Source: Patescibacteria group bacterium
Lineage (GTDB): Bacteria > Patescibacteriota > Patescibacteriia > Patescibacteriales > UBA12465
Reading direction: 5' to 3'
DNA: 58,607 bases
Assembly (NCBI GenBank): GCA_050943055.1
Contig: JBMNOL010000005.1
Coordinates: 1 to 58,607, forward strand
Shown: positions 39,762 through 48,218 of the stretch, one piece after another
How the letters are laid out: the number at the start of each line of letters is the position of its first letter
Numbering within the stretch: position 1 is the stretch's first letter
The notes under the pieces: generated by a model
Seen by the model: the letters and a program-made list of their open reading frames with translations, nothing else
The model's database searches: none
Told to the model about the DNA's origin: nothing
Translations under genes and position numbers: made by a program

Positions 39762-40658
39762 TTTGAGTATTGTGGCAATGGGCATTGTGGTAGCAGTGAA
39801 AATAATAATTCTTGTCCCAGTGATTGTTTGCCTGTTTGTGGAGATAGTATCTGCAGCACTTCTCGGGAAAATTATTCTAATTGCAGTATAGATTGTGCAC
39901 CTATTTGTGGCGATGGTATTTGTGCTGGGGAAACTAAATATACCTGTCCTGGCGATTGCGGGGCTCCATCTGTTTGCGATGCCTCAGTGACTGATGATGA
40001 AGGCAATACTTATAAAACTGTTAAAATTGGAGAACAATGTTGGATGGCTGAAAATATCAATATTGGTAGTATGCTCTCATCGGTTTATGATTTGCCAAAT
40101 ACAACTGATAATGTTATTGAAAAATGGTGCTATGGGAATAACCCTGCTAATTGTGACAGCGGCGGTGGTTTGTATCACTGGGATGAAGCGATGCGTGGTT
40201 CACAAATTCCCGGTGCGCGCGGTATTTGCCCAGCCGGTTGGCATATCCCCACTGATGAGGAAATAAATATTTTGGAAGTTTATACTTTAAAAAAAATTAA
40301 TAGTTCGGTCACTCAATATCCTTGTGATGTTTTTACCATAGGTTCCCGTTGCGCTGATAACAACGGTAACGTGGGTGGTGGCGAGAAAGGGGTTGGTAAA
40401 TCTTTTAAAGGGGTTGGTATCGGCACTGGAGTAGGAGTTGGGGATGATTTGGTTGGTTTTAATGCTAAATTGCCAGGCTATTTTCATGGAGAGATTTCTT
40501 CTTTTATCGGCTATGGGGATTATCTTCTCTTATGGTCATCTACACCTATACTATCGTCTCGTGCCATATATCGTTATCTGGATTCAGAATATTCGGTAAG
40601 CTATCGAGATTCTAATTATCGGCTTTTTGGCTTCTCAGTACGCTGTTTACAGGATTAA
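37506..40658 (+). CDS. Secreted Cys-rich protein G (1,050 aa): the same 752-aa N-terminal part, three short CGxGxC...C..DC repeats and a C-terminal FISUMP (Fibrobacter succinogenes major paralogous) type domain
   Basis: The C-terminus reads DDEGNTYKTVKIGEQCWMAENINIG ... GGGLYHWDEA ... CPAGWHIPTDEE ... LWSST ... GFSVRCLQD. This matches the FISUMP pattern as I recall it. Confidence 0.85.
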   Translation: MLALIRRFKRPLIISSLLLFVAVIISLTPPGRAAESDAIAVRVLPNLEHDSIEVWYKKQGYQGSPQSLTVDGYEAIRDGRTVFVNAANVDGNKKIYTNVYLISYNQESQDQTQDILGQLISHWKFNSNIPQKGTCSIASLTCSKPDDCPNGFICANDPNQANYGKCVLSQPIECLIDSDCPLNSHCNSLKAGLIRDINRLGKLSQIEEKLEAYKKVEGSYPDLSEGSYLPGVTISVWPSWTDNFRELLGLNTLVVDPVNSLGSCPGFEPGTCWNPQTKRFFDSQLTLPSGSYAMIYRALPGGVSYNLCATFETPALGYDTANALLTSRNCASKGGYQGGVINQPPSLISSFLKGEANKEFNGYLKVGDPEGDIVSWRLAPAGNFSSWSAIPILEATGDPSQKKVYASSAGNQGTYPMILTLTDGRGAISTTPINLEIFDILKIAIEAEGISYNSFQSGSLRYNFFINSSDPRVNFQLSSPNATLNTGLTQAVAGAKITNVTSNRKQISLEIPLAQYLSGQYEVRISASDSSGADAKTVTFDFIRDPLTFNFSCDNQARLGKGYQIGGTSCLLGPLSQGVRTINYQVANNPFGFVVRNSGGNAFLEAYRVTSGNVSNPNAPTTTLLTLRASDNFGESTEKKLALRINTYCGDGIKQQPNTEAAGGPQNNGIEQCDGLDGLAPQGQISNSSNQQYACTTPLGVNTPFPINSNEHCAFKAPQDGGGYCGDGFCQVSSGGILRENCSNCPKDCGACFEYCGNGHCGSSENNNSCPSDCLPVCGDSICSTSRENYSNCSIDCAPICGDGICAGETKYTCPGDCGAPSVCDASVTDDEGNTYKTVKIGEQCWMAENINIGSMLSSVYDLPNTTDNVIEKWCYGNNPANCDSGGGLYHWDEAMRGSQIPGARGICPAGWHIPTDEEINILEVYTLKKINSSVTQYPCDVFTIGSRCADNNGNVGGGEKGVGKSFKGVGIGTGVGVGDDLVGFNAKLPGYFHGEISSFIGYGDYLLLWSSTPILSSRAIYRYLDSEYSVSYRDSNYRLFGFSVRCLQD

Positions 40659-40680
40659 ATAAAAATTAGTTTTAAAAAGC

Positions 40681-40707
40681 AAAAAAGACCGCTTTCGCGG
40701 TCTTTTT
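40681..40707. terminator. Bidirectional terminator between island gene G and convergent clpP
   Basis: aaaaa-agaccgc-tttc-gcggtct-tttt. Confidence 0.8.
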
Positions 40708-40723
40708 AGTTATTATTGTCGTT

Positions 40724-41302
40724 TTATTTTTTGAGAACCAAGTCGATTAAACCATATTTTTTAGCTTCTTCAGCACTCATCCAATTGTCGCGGTCGGAAT
40801 CTTTGTCGATTTCTTCTTTTTTATGATTGCTGTGTTTAGCTAGTAATTGATTAAGTTTATCTTTTATTTTTAGGATATGTTCCGCCTGAATTTTAATATC
40901 CGAAGCTTGCCCTTCGGTACCGCCCATTACTTGGTGAATCATGATTTCGCTATTAGGCAGAGCCATTCTCTTGCCGGGAGCTCCAGCTGCTAATAGAACT
41001 GAGGCCATAGAGGCGGCCATGCCCACGCAAATTGTGGAAATTGGCGCTTTAATATATTGCATGGTGTCATAGATGGCTAGCCCCGATGACACTGAGCCGC
41101 CTGGAGAGTTGATATAAAATTTAATATCTTTATCTTTATCCTCGGCGTCCAAAAACAAAAGCTGAGCAATAACATTGTTGGCCACGTGATCGTCAATCGC
41201 CTCACCTAAAAAAATAATCCGGTCTTTTAGTAGACGAGAATAGATATCATAGGCACGTTCAGAGTGCCCTTCTTTTTCAATTACTGTAGGTATTAGAGCC
41301 AT
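40724..41302 (-). CDS. clpP: ATP-dependent Clp protease proteolytic subunit
   Basis: Motifs [29 protein letters not shown] (catalytic Ser) and IMIHQ (His). Confidence 0.97.
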   Translation of the reverse strand: MALIPTVIEKEGHSERAYDIYSRLLKDRIIFLGEAIDDHVANNVIAQLLFLDAEDKDKDIKFYINSPGGSVSSGLAIYDTMQYIKAPISTICVGMAASMASVLLAAGAPGKRMALPNSEIMIHQVMGGTEGQASDIKIQAEHILKIKDKLNQLLAKHSNHKKEEIDKDSDRDNWMSAEEAKKYGLIDLVLKK

Positions 41303-41464
41303 ATTTTTAAAAAAATTAAAATATTTCAGGCTTAGTATAAAAGATTATGCTTATTTTGTAAAGAATGACTCTTAAAAATATTGATTTTTTAATGATTTTA
41401 GTTTAAGCTGAGAAAAGAAAACAGGGCTGATTACCCGTTTTGCTTTTTTAATTATTAAATTACT

Positions 41465-43060
41465 ATGAAAACGCAGACAAACAAGTGGCTTTCTTCAAAA
41501 AAGAATAAGCTATACCTATCTTTGGTTTTAGTTTTGATTTTTGTGGCTACTTCTTTTTTAGCAGTTGCTGGTGGTTACTACAATCGCTTTAGTAATTACC
41601 TGGCCGAAAAAACTAATGACACTGTCGTTTTGCCGAAAGGACCGGAGCTGCCATTTGTTTTAGGTTTAGATTTACAGGGCGGAACACAGCTTACCTATGA
41701 AGCTGATGTTTCTAAAATCCCTGAGGCCGAGAGAGCCTCTTCTTTAGAGGGTATTCGCGATATTATTGAACGTCGGGTTAATTCTACGGGCGTAGCTGAA
41801 CCGATTATTCAAGTTAATCGCAGCATGGCTGGCGATTATCGAGTGATTGTGGAATTAGCAGGCGTGAAAGAAGCTGATGAGGCGATTAGAATGATTGGCG
41901 AAACGCCACTTTTAGAATTCCGAGAAGTAAGTGCCGCGCCGGTAGCGGAAACTCAAGAAATTCAAATTAATGAGGATGGAGAGGCTGAGCTGGTTTTAGA
42001 CGGCACCGGCAATACTCCTGCTGAACCAGAATTAATAAATACCGAATTAAGTGGTCGTAATCTGAAAAAAGCTTCGCTGCGTTTTGATCCTAATGATGGC
42101 ACCCCTATGGTCGCTCTGGAGTTTGATGAAGAGGGGGCGAAAATGTTTGAGGAAATCACCGAACGCAATATTGGTAAAATCGTAGCTATTGTTTTAGACG
42201 GCTATGTTATTTCGGCGCCGGTAGTTAACGAAAAAATTCCTAATGGGGAAGCAGTTATCTCTGGTAGTTTTAGTGTTGAAGAGGCCAAACTATTAGTTCA
42301 GCGGCTAAACACGGGCGCTTTACCTGTGCCGATTACTCTTATTGGTCAGCAGACCGTGGAGGCTAGTCTCGGGCAAGAATCTATCAATAACAGTTTGATT
42401 GCCGGATTAATTGGTTTTTTACTGATTGCGATTTTCATGATTCTTTATTATCGCTATCCGGGTTTCTTGTCGGTAGTCAGTTTGGCAATTTATGTGTTGG
42501 CGGTGTTAGCGATTTTTAAGATGATGCCTTGGTGGTTGATTGCCCTTTATTTGTTGGCACTTTTCTCTTTATTTGTGGTTACCCTTAAAGATTTAAAAAT
42601 CTTTGATGGCCCCTTATCAGTAATCATGTTTGTGGTTATTGGAGTATTCTTGATTTATTATGCGCAAACCCCGGTTACTTTAACTTTGGCCGGAATCGCT
42701 GGTTTCATTCTCTCTATTGGTATGGCCGTTGATGCTAACATTTTAATTTTTGAACGTTTGCGCGAAGAGTTACGGTTCGGCAAACCATTAAAAATTGCTA
42801 TTGATGATGCTTTCCGTCGGGCCTGGCCTTCAATTCGTGATGGCAACTTAACAACTATTTTAATTTGCTTTGTTTTAATGAGTTTTGGCACCGGCCTGGT
42901 TAAAGGTTTTGGGGCGACTTTATTTTTAGGGGTAGCTATTTCAATGCTCAGTAATATTGTTATTACCAGTATTTTAATGAAATGGACCGCTGGTAAGTGG
43001 CTGGAACGTAATTCTTGGCTTTTAGGGGTTAAGAAAAGCCCGGAGGGACAGGAGGATTAA
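41465..43060 (+). CDS. secD: Protein translocase subunit SecD
   Basis: N-terminal TM helix, a large extracytoplasmic domain (LGLDLQGG, VAIVLDG..ISAPV), and a C-terminal 5-TM bundle (DANILIFERLREE). Confidence 0.92.
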   Translation: MKTQTNKWLSSKKNKLYLSLVLVLIFVATSFLAVAGGYYNRFSNYLAEKTNDTVVLPKGPELPFVLGLDLQGGTQLTYEADVSKIPEAERASSLEGIRDIIERRVNSTGVAEPIIQVNRSMAGDYRVIVELAGVKEADEAIRMIGETPLLEFREVSAAPVAETQEIQINEDGEAELVLDGTGNTPAEPELINTELSGRNLKKASLRFDPNDGTPMVALEFDEEGAKMFEEITERNIGKIVAIVLDGYVISAPVVNEKIPNGEAVISGSFSVEEAKLLVQRLNTGALPVPITLIGQQTVEASLGQESINNSLIAGLIGFLLIAIFMILYYRYPGFLSVVSLAIYVLAVLAIFKMMPWWLIALYLLALFSLFVVTLKDLKIFDGPLSVIMFVVIGVFLIYYAQTPVTLTLAGIAGFILSIGMAVDANILIFERLREELRFGKPLKIAIDDAFRRAWPSIRDGNLTTILICFVLMSFGTGLVKGFGATLFLGVAISMLSNIVITSILMKWTAGKWLERNSWLLGVKKSPEGQED

Positions 43061-43087
43061 TAAGTTATCAGTAATCTATAATACTAT

Positions 43088-44005
43088 ATGAGAAATTATA
43101 AAATTATAAAGAATAGTAAAATCTGGTTATCGTTATCTACTGTTTTAGTAACTCTGTCAGTTGTTGCCCTCTTTCTTTGGGGTTTAAAGCCGGGCTTAGA
43201 TTTTACTGGCGGTAGTTTATTGGAAGTGGAATTTGCCGGGACTCAGCCGACGGTCGCTGAAATTAATGAGGTTTTTGCTCAGACGGACTTTGGTAACCTC
43301 GTAATTCAGCCGACTGGTAGCAATACAATTATTTTACGCTTTCAGGAAACTTCTCGAGAGAAGCATAACCAAGCTATCACCGCCCTTGAGAGTTTAGAAC
43401 AAGCTGAGGCGGGCTTAACGGAAATTCGCTTTGAATCGATTGGCTCCTCGGTTGGGGCTGAACTTAGAAGCCGAGCTTTTTGGTTAGTTTTCTTTGCCCT
43501 CTTAATTATTATTATTTACATTACTTTTGCCTTTAGGGTTGTGTCTAAGCCGGTACCGTCTTGGAAATATGGTTTGATTTCTATTGTCTCACTCGCTCAC
43601 AACATTCTTTTAACTTGTGGTGTTTTTGCTGTGCTCGGACACTTTTTCGGAACGGAAGTTAATACGACTTTTATTGTCGCCCTGCTAACTGTTCTTGGCT
43701 ATAGTATTAACGATACCATTGTTGTTTTTGATCGTGTTCGCGAGAACCTGCCCAAGAGTCACTTAAGTTTTGAGGAAACCGTCAACGATAGTTTAAACCA
43801 AGCTTTTGTTCGCTCAGTGAATACGACGACAACTACATTATTAGCTTTACTCTCCATCTTAATTTTTGGTGGGGAATCGATAAAAGATTTTGTTCTCGCT
43901 TTAGTGATTGGTATTTCTTGCGGTGCTTACAGCTCCTTATTCTTGGCGGCCCCATTATTGGTGTTAACGGAAAAAAGACAGAGACGGCGCCTGCAAAAGA
44001 ATTAA
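43088..44005 (+). CDS. secF: Protein translocase subunit SecF
   Basis: Motifs GLDFTGGS and GYSINDTIVVFDRVREN, with six TM helices. It lies directly after secD. Confidence 0.92.
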   Translation: MRNYKIIKNSKIWLSLSTVLVTLSVVALFLWGLKPGLDFTGGSLLEVEFAGTQPTVAEINEVFAQTDFGNLVIQPTGSNTIILRFQETSREKHNQAITALESLEQAEAGLTEIRFESIGSSVGAELRSRAFWLVFFALLIIIIYITFAFRVVSKPVPSWKYGLISIVSLAHNILLTCGVFAVLGHFFGTEVNTTFIVALLTVLGYSINDTIVVFDRVRENLPKSHLSFEETVNDSLNQAFVRSVNTTTTTLLALLSILIFGGESIKDFVLALVIGISCGAYSSLFLAAPLLVLTEKRQRRRLQKN

Positions 44006-44026
44006 TTTCAAAAATTTAATTTTTCC

Positions 44027-44054
44027 ACAAGACCCCAATCGGGGTCTTGTTTTT
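44027..44054 (+). terminator. Rho-independent terminator after secF
   Basis: acaagacccc-aatc-ggggtcttgt followed by tttt. Confidence 0.85.
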
Positions 44055-44055
44055 G

Positions 44056-44064
44056 TGTTATAAT
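44056..44064 (+). promoter_or_regulatory. Extended -10 promoter candidate ending 6 nt before the ATG at 44071 (possible leaderless mRNA)
   Basis: TGtTATAAT (44056-44064) immediately follows the secF terminator. A conventional start site about 7 nt downstream would fall on the A of the ATG. Confidence 0.4.
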
Positions 44065-44070
44065 TAAAAG

Positions 44071-46002
44071 ATGAAAATTAAAGACCAGCGCCTTTCTTTT
44101 AGTTGGAGTAACCTCATTGATGCTTGGGGCTTATTTTTATTGGCGCTAGTCCCTCTAGTCTTCAACTTTTTAGCGATTAGTAGTTTAGATTTAATTAAGG
44201 CGGTTTTTTTTCAGAACGGGGTAATAATTTTTTGTTTACTGGTGGCTTGCCAGTTGGCCTTTTCTAAATTTCGCCCGCACCTCGGAAAAAGTTTTTATCC
44301 CTTATTATTTAGTGGTTTATTTTTAGTTAGTGCACTGATTTTTTCCGTTGATCCGGCTCAGTCTTGGTGGGGGTCTTACGAGCGACAATTAGGCGGGCTG
44401 ACCTATTTAATTGGCTTATTGGGAGCCTTTTTCTTGTTGATTAGTCTAGCTTTAAGCCCGGCGCTGGAGCGAAGAAAGCGCCAAAGATCCTATCTTTTAG
44501 GGGTGGTGGCTGTGGCCAGTTTACTCTCCGTTTATGCTCTCTTTCAGCTCGCTGGTTTTGATATTGTTCGTTGGGCTGAACCCGCTTGGCAAACAAAACG
44601 GGCCTTCGCCAGTCTGGGGCAACCGACTTATTTCGCCGGGTTTCTTCTTTTAACAATTCCAATCACTCTTACCTTAGGCTTACAAAGCTCTACTCGTCGA
44701 TGCTATTTATTTCTAATCCCCTTAGTTTTGCAGTTATTGGGTTTAGTATCCACCGGCACCCGTTCCGCCCTCTTCGCTTTGGTTGGCGCGTTCTTAATAT
44801 TTTCGGCGATTAAAATTTTTCGGTCGCCACAAAAAATAAACCGAAATCTATTTAAAAAAATTGGCTTAGTTTTTTTGATTATATTTCTATTGGTTGGCTC
44901 CTTAGCTCTTAGTAATCCTGGTCGCTGGCAAGAACTTAATGATTTGCGCTCCGGCAGTCTGGGTTTACGCGGCGAACTTTGGCGAGAGGGAGTCGCTGCC
45001 ATTAGAGAAAAGCCTTGGTTTGGTTACGGCTTAGAAAACCAGCGTGAGGCTTATATCTATCACTATGATGCCCGCCTGATGCAATATCTGCGGCCCGACG
45101 TTTCTACTGATCGAGCTCATAACATAATTTTAGACACGGCTTTAAGTGCTGGAATTGTTGGTTGTTTTTTACTCTTACTTTTTATCATTTCCCTGGTGCG
45201 ATATTGGCGCTGTTTGCCTGACCGGGACCGTCCGCTGGCTCGTGGCCTTTTATTATCCGGGCTGACTTATTTTTTATTTTTACTTTTTAATTTTTCCGTT
45301 GTCAGTACTTTTTTTTATAGCAGTTTGTTATTAACGATTTATCTTTCTTTGGGGTTACCAGACGGGCAGGAACAAAAAAAGGTTTCACGATTATATTTTG
45401 TCCCATTAGCGCTTTTAATCCCGCTCACTTTAGGTTTTGGCCTTTTTTCCGAAGCGCGTCTGCAAGCTGATTATTATTACTATACCGCCCTTAACTCTTT
45501 AAATCAGAGGGATTATTTTAAGGCGCTAGTTTTAGATTCTTATGTTCAGGAGAATAAAATTGATCCGATTGGCGCTCGTTATTACCGACAAAATTTTACC
45601 TGGGGCTTAATTGATCATCTGATTCTTTACGATTTGCCGCTCGCCGACAAGAAAGTTGTTTTAGAGCGGGTGACTGCTAATCCGGAAAATGAAAAAACCC
45701 AAACTTTTGACAATCGTTTATTTATGGCCGCAGTTTCCGGTTTTAAAGGTGAAGAAGAAAAAGCTCAGGAAGAGTTAAATAATCTTTTGTTAGCGGTGCC
45801 GACTCTTCCTAAAATTTATTTGGTATTAGGTGATTTAAATTGTTACAATAAAAACTTAAGCGCCGCGACGGAAAATTGGACATCGGCGTCCAACTTGATT
45901 CCCGATTTTGAACCTCATTGGGGGGAAGATCAAAAGGGGCGCTTGGCTCAATATCAAAATATGTTAACCGCCCGTCAGGAACGCCTGGCGGCGACAGAAT
46001 AA
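44071..46002 (+). CDS. O-antigen ligase (Wzy_C) family membrane protein with a C-terminal TPR-like soluble domain
   Basis: 643 aa with about 12 hydrophobic helices and a Wzy_C-like region (TGTRSALFALVGAF ... GYGLENQ ... DRAHNIILD). The C-terminal roughly 200 aa are helical repeats. Confidence 0.75.
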   Translation: MKIKDQRLSFSWSNLIDAWGLFLLALVPLVFNFLAISSLDLIKAVFFQNGVIIFCLLVACQLAFSKFRPHLGKSFYPLLFSGLFLVSALIFSVDPAQSWWGSYERQLGGLTYLIGLLGAFFLLISLALSPALERRKRQRSYLLGVVAVASLLSVYALFQLAGFDIVRWAEPAWQTKRAFASLGQPTYFAGFLLLTIPITLTLGLQSSTRRCYLFLIPLVLQLLGLVSTGTRSALFALVGAFLIFSAIKIFRSPQKINRNLFKKIGLVFLIIFLLVGSLALSNPGRWQELNDLRSGSLGLRGELWREGVAAIREKPWFGYGLENQREAYIYHYDARLMQYLRPDVSTDRAHNIILDTALSAGIVGCFLLLLFIISLVRYWRCLPDRDRPLARGLLLSGLTYFLFLLFNFSVVSTFFYSSLLLTIYLSLGLPDGQEQKKVSRLYFVPLALLIPLTLGFGLFSEARLQADYYYYTALNSLNQRDYFKALVLDSYVQENKIDPIGARYYRQNFTWGLIDHLILYDLPLADKKVVLERVTANPENEKTQTFDNRLFMAAVSGFKGEEEKAQEELNNLLLAVPTLPKIYLVLGDLNCYNKNLSAATENWTSASNLIPDFEPHWGEDQKGRLAQYQNMLTARQERLAATE

Positions 46003-46006
46003 AACT

Positions 46007-46777
46007 ATGTTAATATTTGGTGCAATTTTTACTTTTATTTTTGGTCTCTTAATTGGCAGTTTTATTAACTGTTGGGCTTGGCGTCTTTACCAAGAAGAGA
46101 GTTTGATGAACCGTTCTTATTGCCCTCGTTGTCGGCACCAAATTCGGTGGTACGATAATATTCCTCTTCTTTCTTTCCTACTACTTAAAGGGCGTTGTCG
46201 CGATTGTAAAAAGACTATTTCTTGGCAATACCCAGCGGTGGAATTTTTAACTGCTCTTCTTTTTGCCGCTGCTTGGTTATTTTTTGGCGCTGATGTTTGG
46301 CTCTTCCTCCAAAGCTTAATTGTGATTACGATCTTAATCTTGGTGTTAATTTTTGATGCCCGCTGGTTCTTAATCCCGGTTAATGTTTTAATTGGTGGTC
46401 TCCTTTTTGTTTTTCTTTTTGGTTATTTAGGCTCTTCTCTGGGATTTTTGGGCTATCTCGGCGCCTTCCTGTCGAGCGCTCTAGTGGCCGCTCTTTTCTT
46501 TGCCTTGCAGTATATTTTGACTCGGGGCCGGGGCTTGGGGGAAGGCGATATTTGGTTGGGAGCATTTTTGGGTGGCGCCTTCGCTGACCTTGGACAACTT
46601 TTTGTTGCCTTAATATTAGCTTATTTTGTTGGTGCCTTAGTTAGTCTATTTTTATTATTGAAGGGCAAAAAGAAATGGAGTAGTCGCTTACCGTTGGGAA
46701 TTTTTTTGGTTATCGGCGCTCTGGTCGCTTGGTTTTTTGGAAAAGCTATCAGTACTTGGTATCTAGGGCTTTTATAA
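46007..46777 (+). CDS. pilD: Prepilin (type IV leader) peptidase, A24 family
   Basis: N-terminal CPRC...CRDC zinc-binding segment, catalytic Asp contexts (FDARWFLIP and GLGEGDIWLGAFLG), and a polytopic topology. Confidence 0.9.
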   Translation: MLIFGAIFTFIFGLLIGSFINCWAWRLYQEESLMNRSYCPRCRHQIRWYDNIPLLSFLLLKGRCRDCKKTISWQYPAVEFLTALLFAAAWLFFGADVWLFLQSLIVITILILVLIFDARWFLIPVNVLIGGLLFVFLFGYLGSSLGFLGYLGAFLSSALVAALFFALQYILTRGRGLGEGDIWLGAFLGGAFADLGQLFVALILAYFVGALVSLFLLLKGKKKWSSRLPLGIFLVIGALVAWFFGKAISTWYLGLL

Positions 46778-46790
46778 GCATTAGTATTGG

Positions 46791-46819
46791 TTGTTAAAAA
46801 AATAAAAATCTTGTATAAT
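46791..46819 (+). promoter_or_regulatory. Sigma70-type promoter candidate for ftsA-ftsZ
   Basis: TTGTTA (46791-46796), a 17-nt spacer, then TATAAT (46814-46819). Confidence 0.45.
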
Positions 46820-46904
46820 GACTTTAAACACTAAATCTTTTAGTATTAGCCAGAAATAGTGAAATTTTTTATTTTTTCGTGTTGACTTGTTACTCTTCAT
46901 AATT

Positions 46905-48161
46905 ATGAAAGAAGAAATTATTGCCGGCCTAGATGTTGGATCAACGGCGATTCGTTTAGTTATTGGTCAAAAAATTGACACCCCGACTGGGGAAGAGCTC
47001 CAAATTATCGGCGCCGTTTCTTCGCCAACTGCTGGTGTAAATAAAGGAGTGGTAAGTAGTATTGAAGAGACCACTTCTTCTATTTCGGCTTGCTTAGAAA
47101 AGGCTGAGCGCTTAATTGGCGTTCCGATTTCTAGCGTTTGGGTAAGCATTAATGATCCGCATATTAAGTGTGAGCGCAGTAAAGGCGTGGTGGCTGTCTC
47201 TAAAAGTGACGGTGAAATTAATGAGGTTGATGTGAGCCGGGCGGTAGAGGCCGCTCAGGCTTTAGCGGTGCCGGTTAATTATGAAATTTTACACGTAATT
47301 CCAATTAGTTTTACCGTTGATAGTCAAACTGATATTAAAAATCCGGTCGGGATGTCGGGCATTCGTTTAGAGGTGGAAACTCTTATTATTCAAGGTCTTT
47401 CTACCCAAATTAAAAACCTTACTAAAGCGATTTATCGCACCGGCTTAGAAATAGATGAGTTAGTTTTGTCGCCTTTAGCTTCGGCTGAGGCGGTTTTAAC
47501 ATTAAAACAGAAAGAGCTGGGCGTGGTTCTTGTTAATATTGGCTCATCAACGACCTCTTTAGCGGTTTACGAGGAGCGTAATTTATTACATGCCGCGATT
47601 TTACCAATTGGCTCCGAACATATTACTGCCGATATTGCGATTGGTTTACGATGTCCAATTAACTTAGCCGAACGCATTAAACGTGAATACGGCACTTGTA
47701 ACCCTGCCCTAGTTGATCGTGAGGAAGAAGTGGATGTGAGGAATTTAGTTAAAGAAGAAGATGTTAATGATGATATTGAAACTGTTTCCCGACACTATGT
47801 GTCCGAAATAATTGAAGCGCGGGTTGAAGAAATTTTGGATAAGATTGATAATGAGTTAAAATACATTGATCGTTCCGGGATGTTACCGGCGGGCGCAGTT
47901 TTTGTTGGTTCGGGGGCCGAGCTTGATGGTTTGGTTGATTTAGCTAAACGGCAATTACGTTTGCCAGCCTCCGTAGGCACACCGCGAAACTTAAATGTCG
48001 TGATTGATAAAGTAAAAAATCCAGAGTTTATGACCGCCCTCGGACTGGTTATTTGGGGCAGTAATAATGCTACCAGTGGTCAATCCGGAGATGGTTTACG
48101 GAAGATGAATAAAATTTTTGGTAAAGTTAAGGGCTGGGCTAAGAGGATTATTCCTAAATAA
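46905..48161 (+). CDS. ftsA: Cell division protein FtsA
   Basis: Actin-fold motifs (IIAGLDVGSTAIRLV, VLVNIGSSTTSLAV). I chose the ATG at 46905 (MKEEII) over the TTG at 46887 used by the ORF track. Confidence 0.93.
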   Translation: MKEEIIAGLDVGSTAIRLVIGQKIDTPTGEELQIIGAVSSPTAGVNKGVVSSIEETTSSISACLEKAERLIGVPISSVWVSINDPHIKCERSKGVVAVSKSDGEINEVDVSRAVEAAQALAVPVNYEILHVIPISFTVDSQTDIKNPVGMSGIRLEVETLIIQGLSTQIKNLTKAIYRTGLEIDELVLSPLASAEAVLTLKQKELGVVLVNIGSSTTSLAVYEERNLLHAAILPIGSEHITADIAIGLRCPINLAERIKREYGTCNPALVDREEEVDVRNLVKEEDVNDDIETVSRHYVSEIIEARVEEILDKIDNELKYIDRSGMLPAGAVFVGSGAELDGLVDLAKRQLRLPASVGTPRNLNVVIDKVKNPEFMTALGLVIWGSNNATSGQSGDGLRKMNKIFGKVKGWAKRIIPK

Positions 48162-48218
48162 TTAAGGCCAGTCACCCCAGTTTTTAATAGTTTTTAAATA
48201 ATCTAAAGATTTGAAAAT

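Noticed and set aside
21793-40658. Whether a diversity-generating retroelement targets the surface proteins.
   Set aside because: There is no reverse transcriptase ORF in the window. I found no template/variable repeat pair differing at adenines; the repeats present are either identical or differ at all base types. An element elsewhere in the genome cannot be excluded.
41303-41464. A weak hairpin plus T-run (aaaacagggctgattacccgttttgctttttt, about 41419-41450) upstream of secD, considered as an attenuator or riboswitch.
   Set aside because: The stem is short with a bulge, and I recognise no conserved riboswitch core. It may simply be part of the clpP/secD divergent promoter region.
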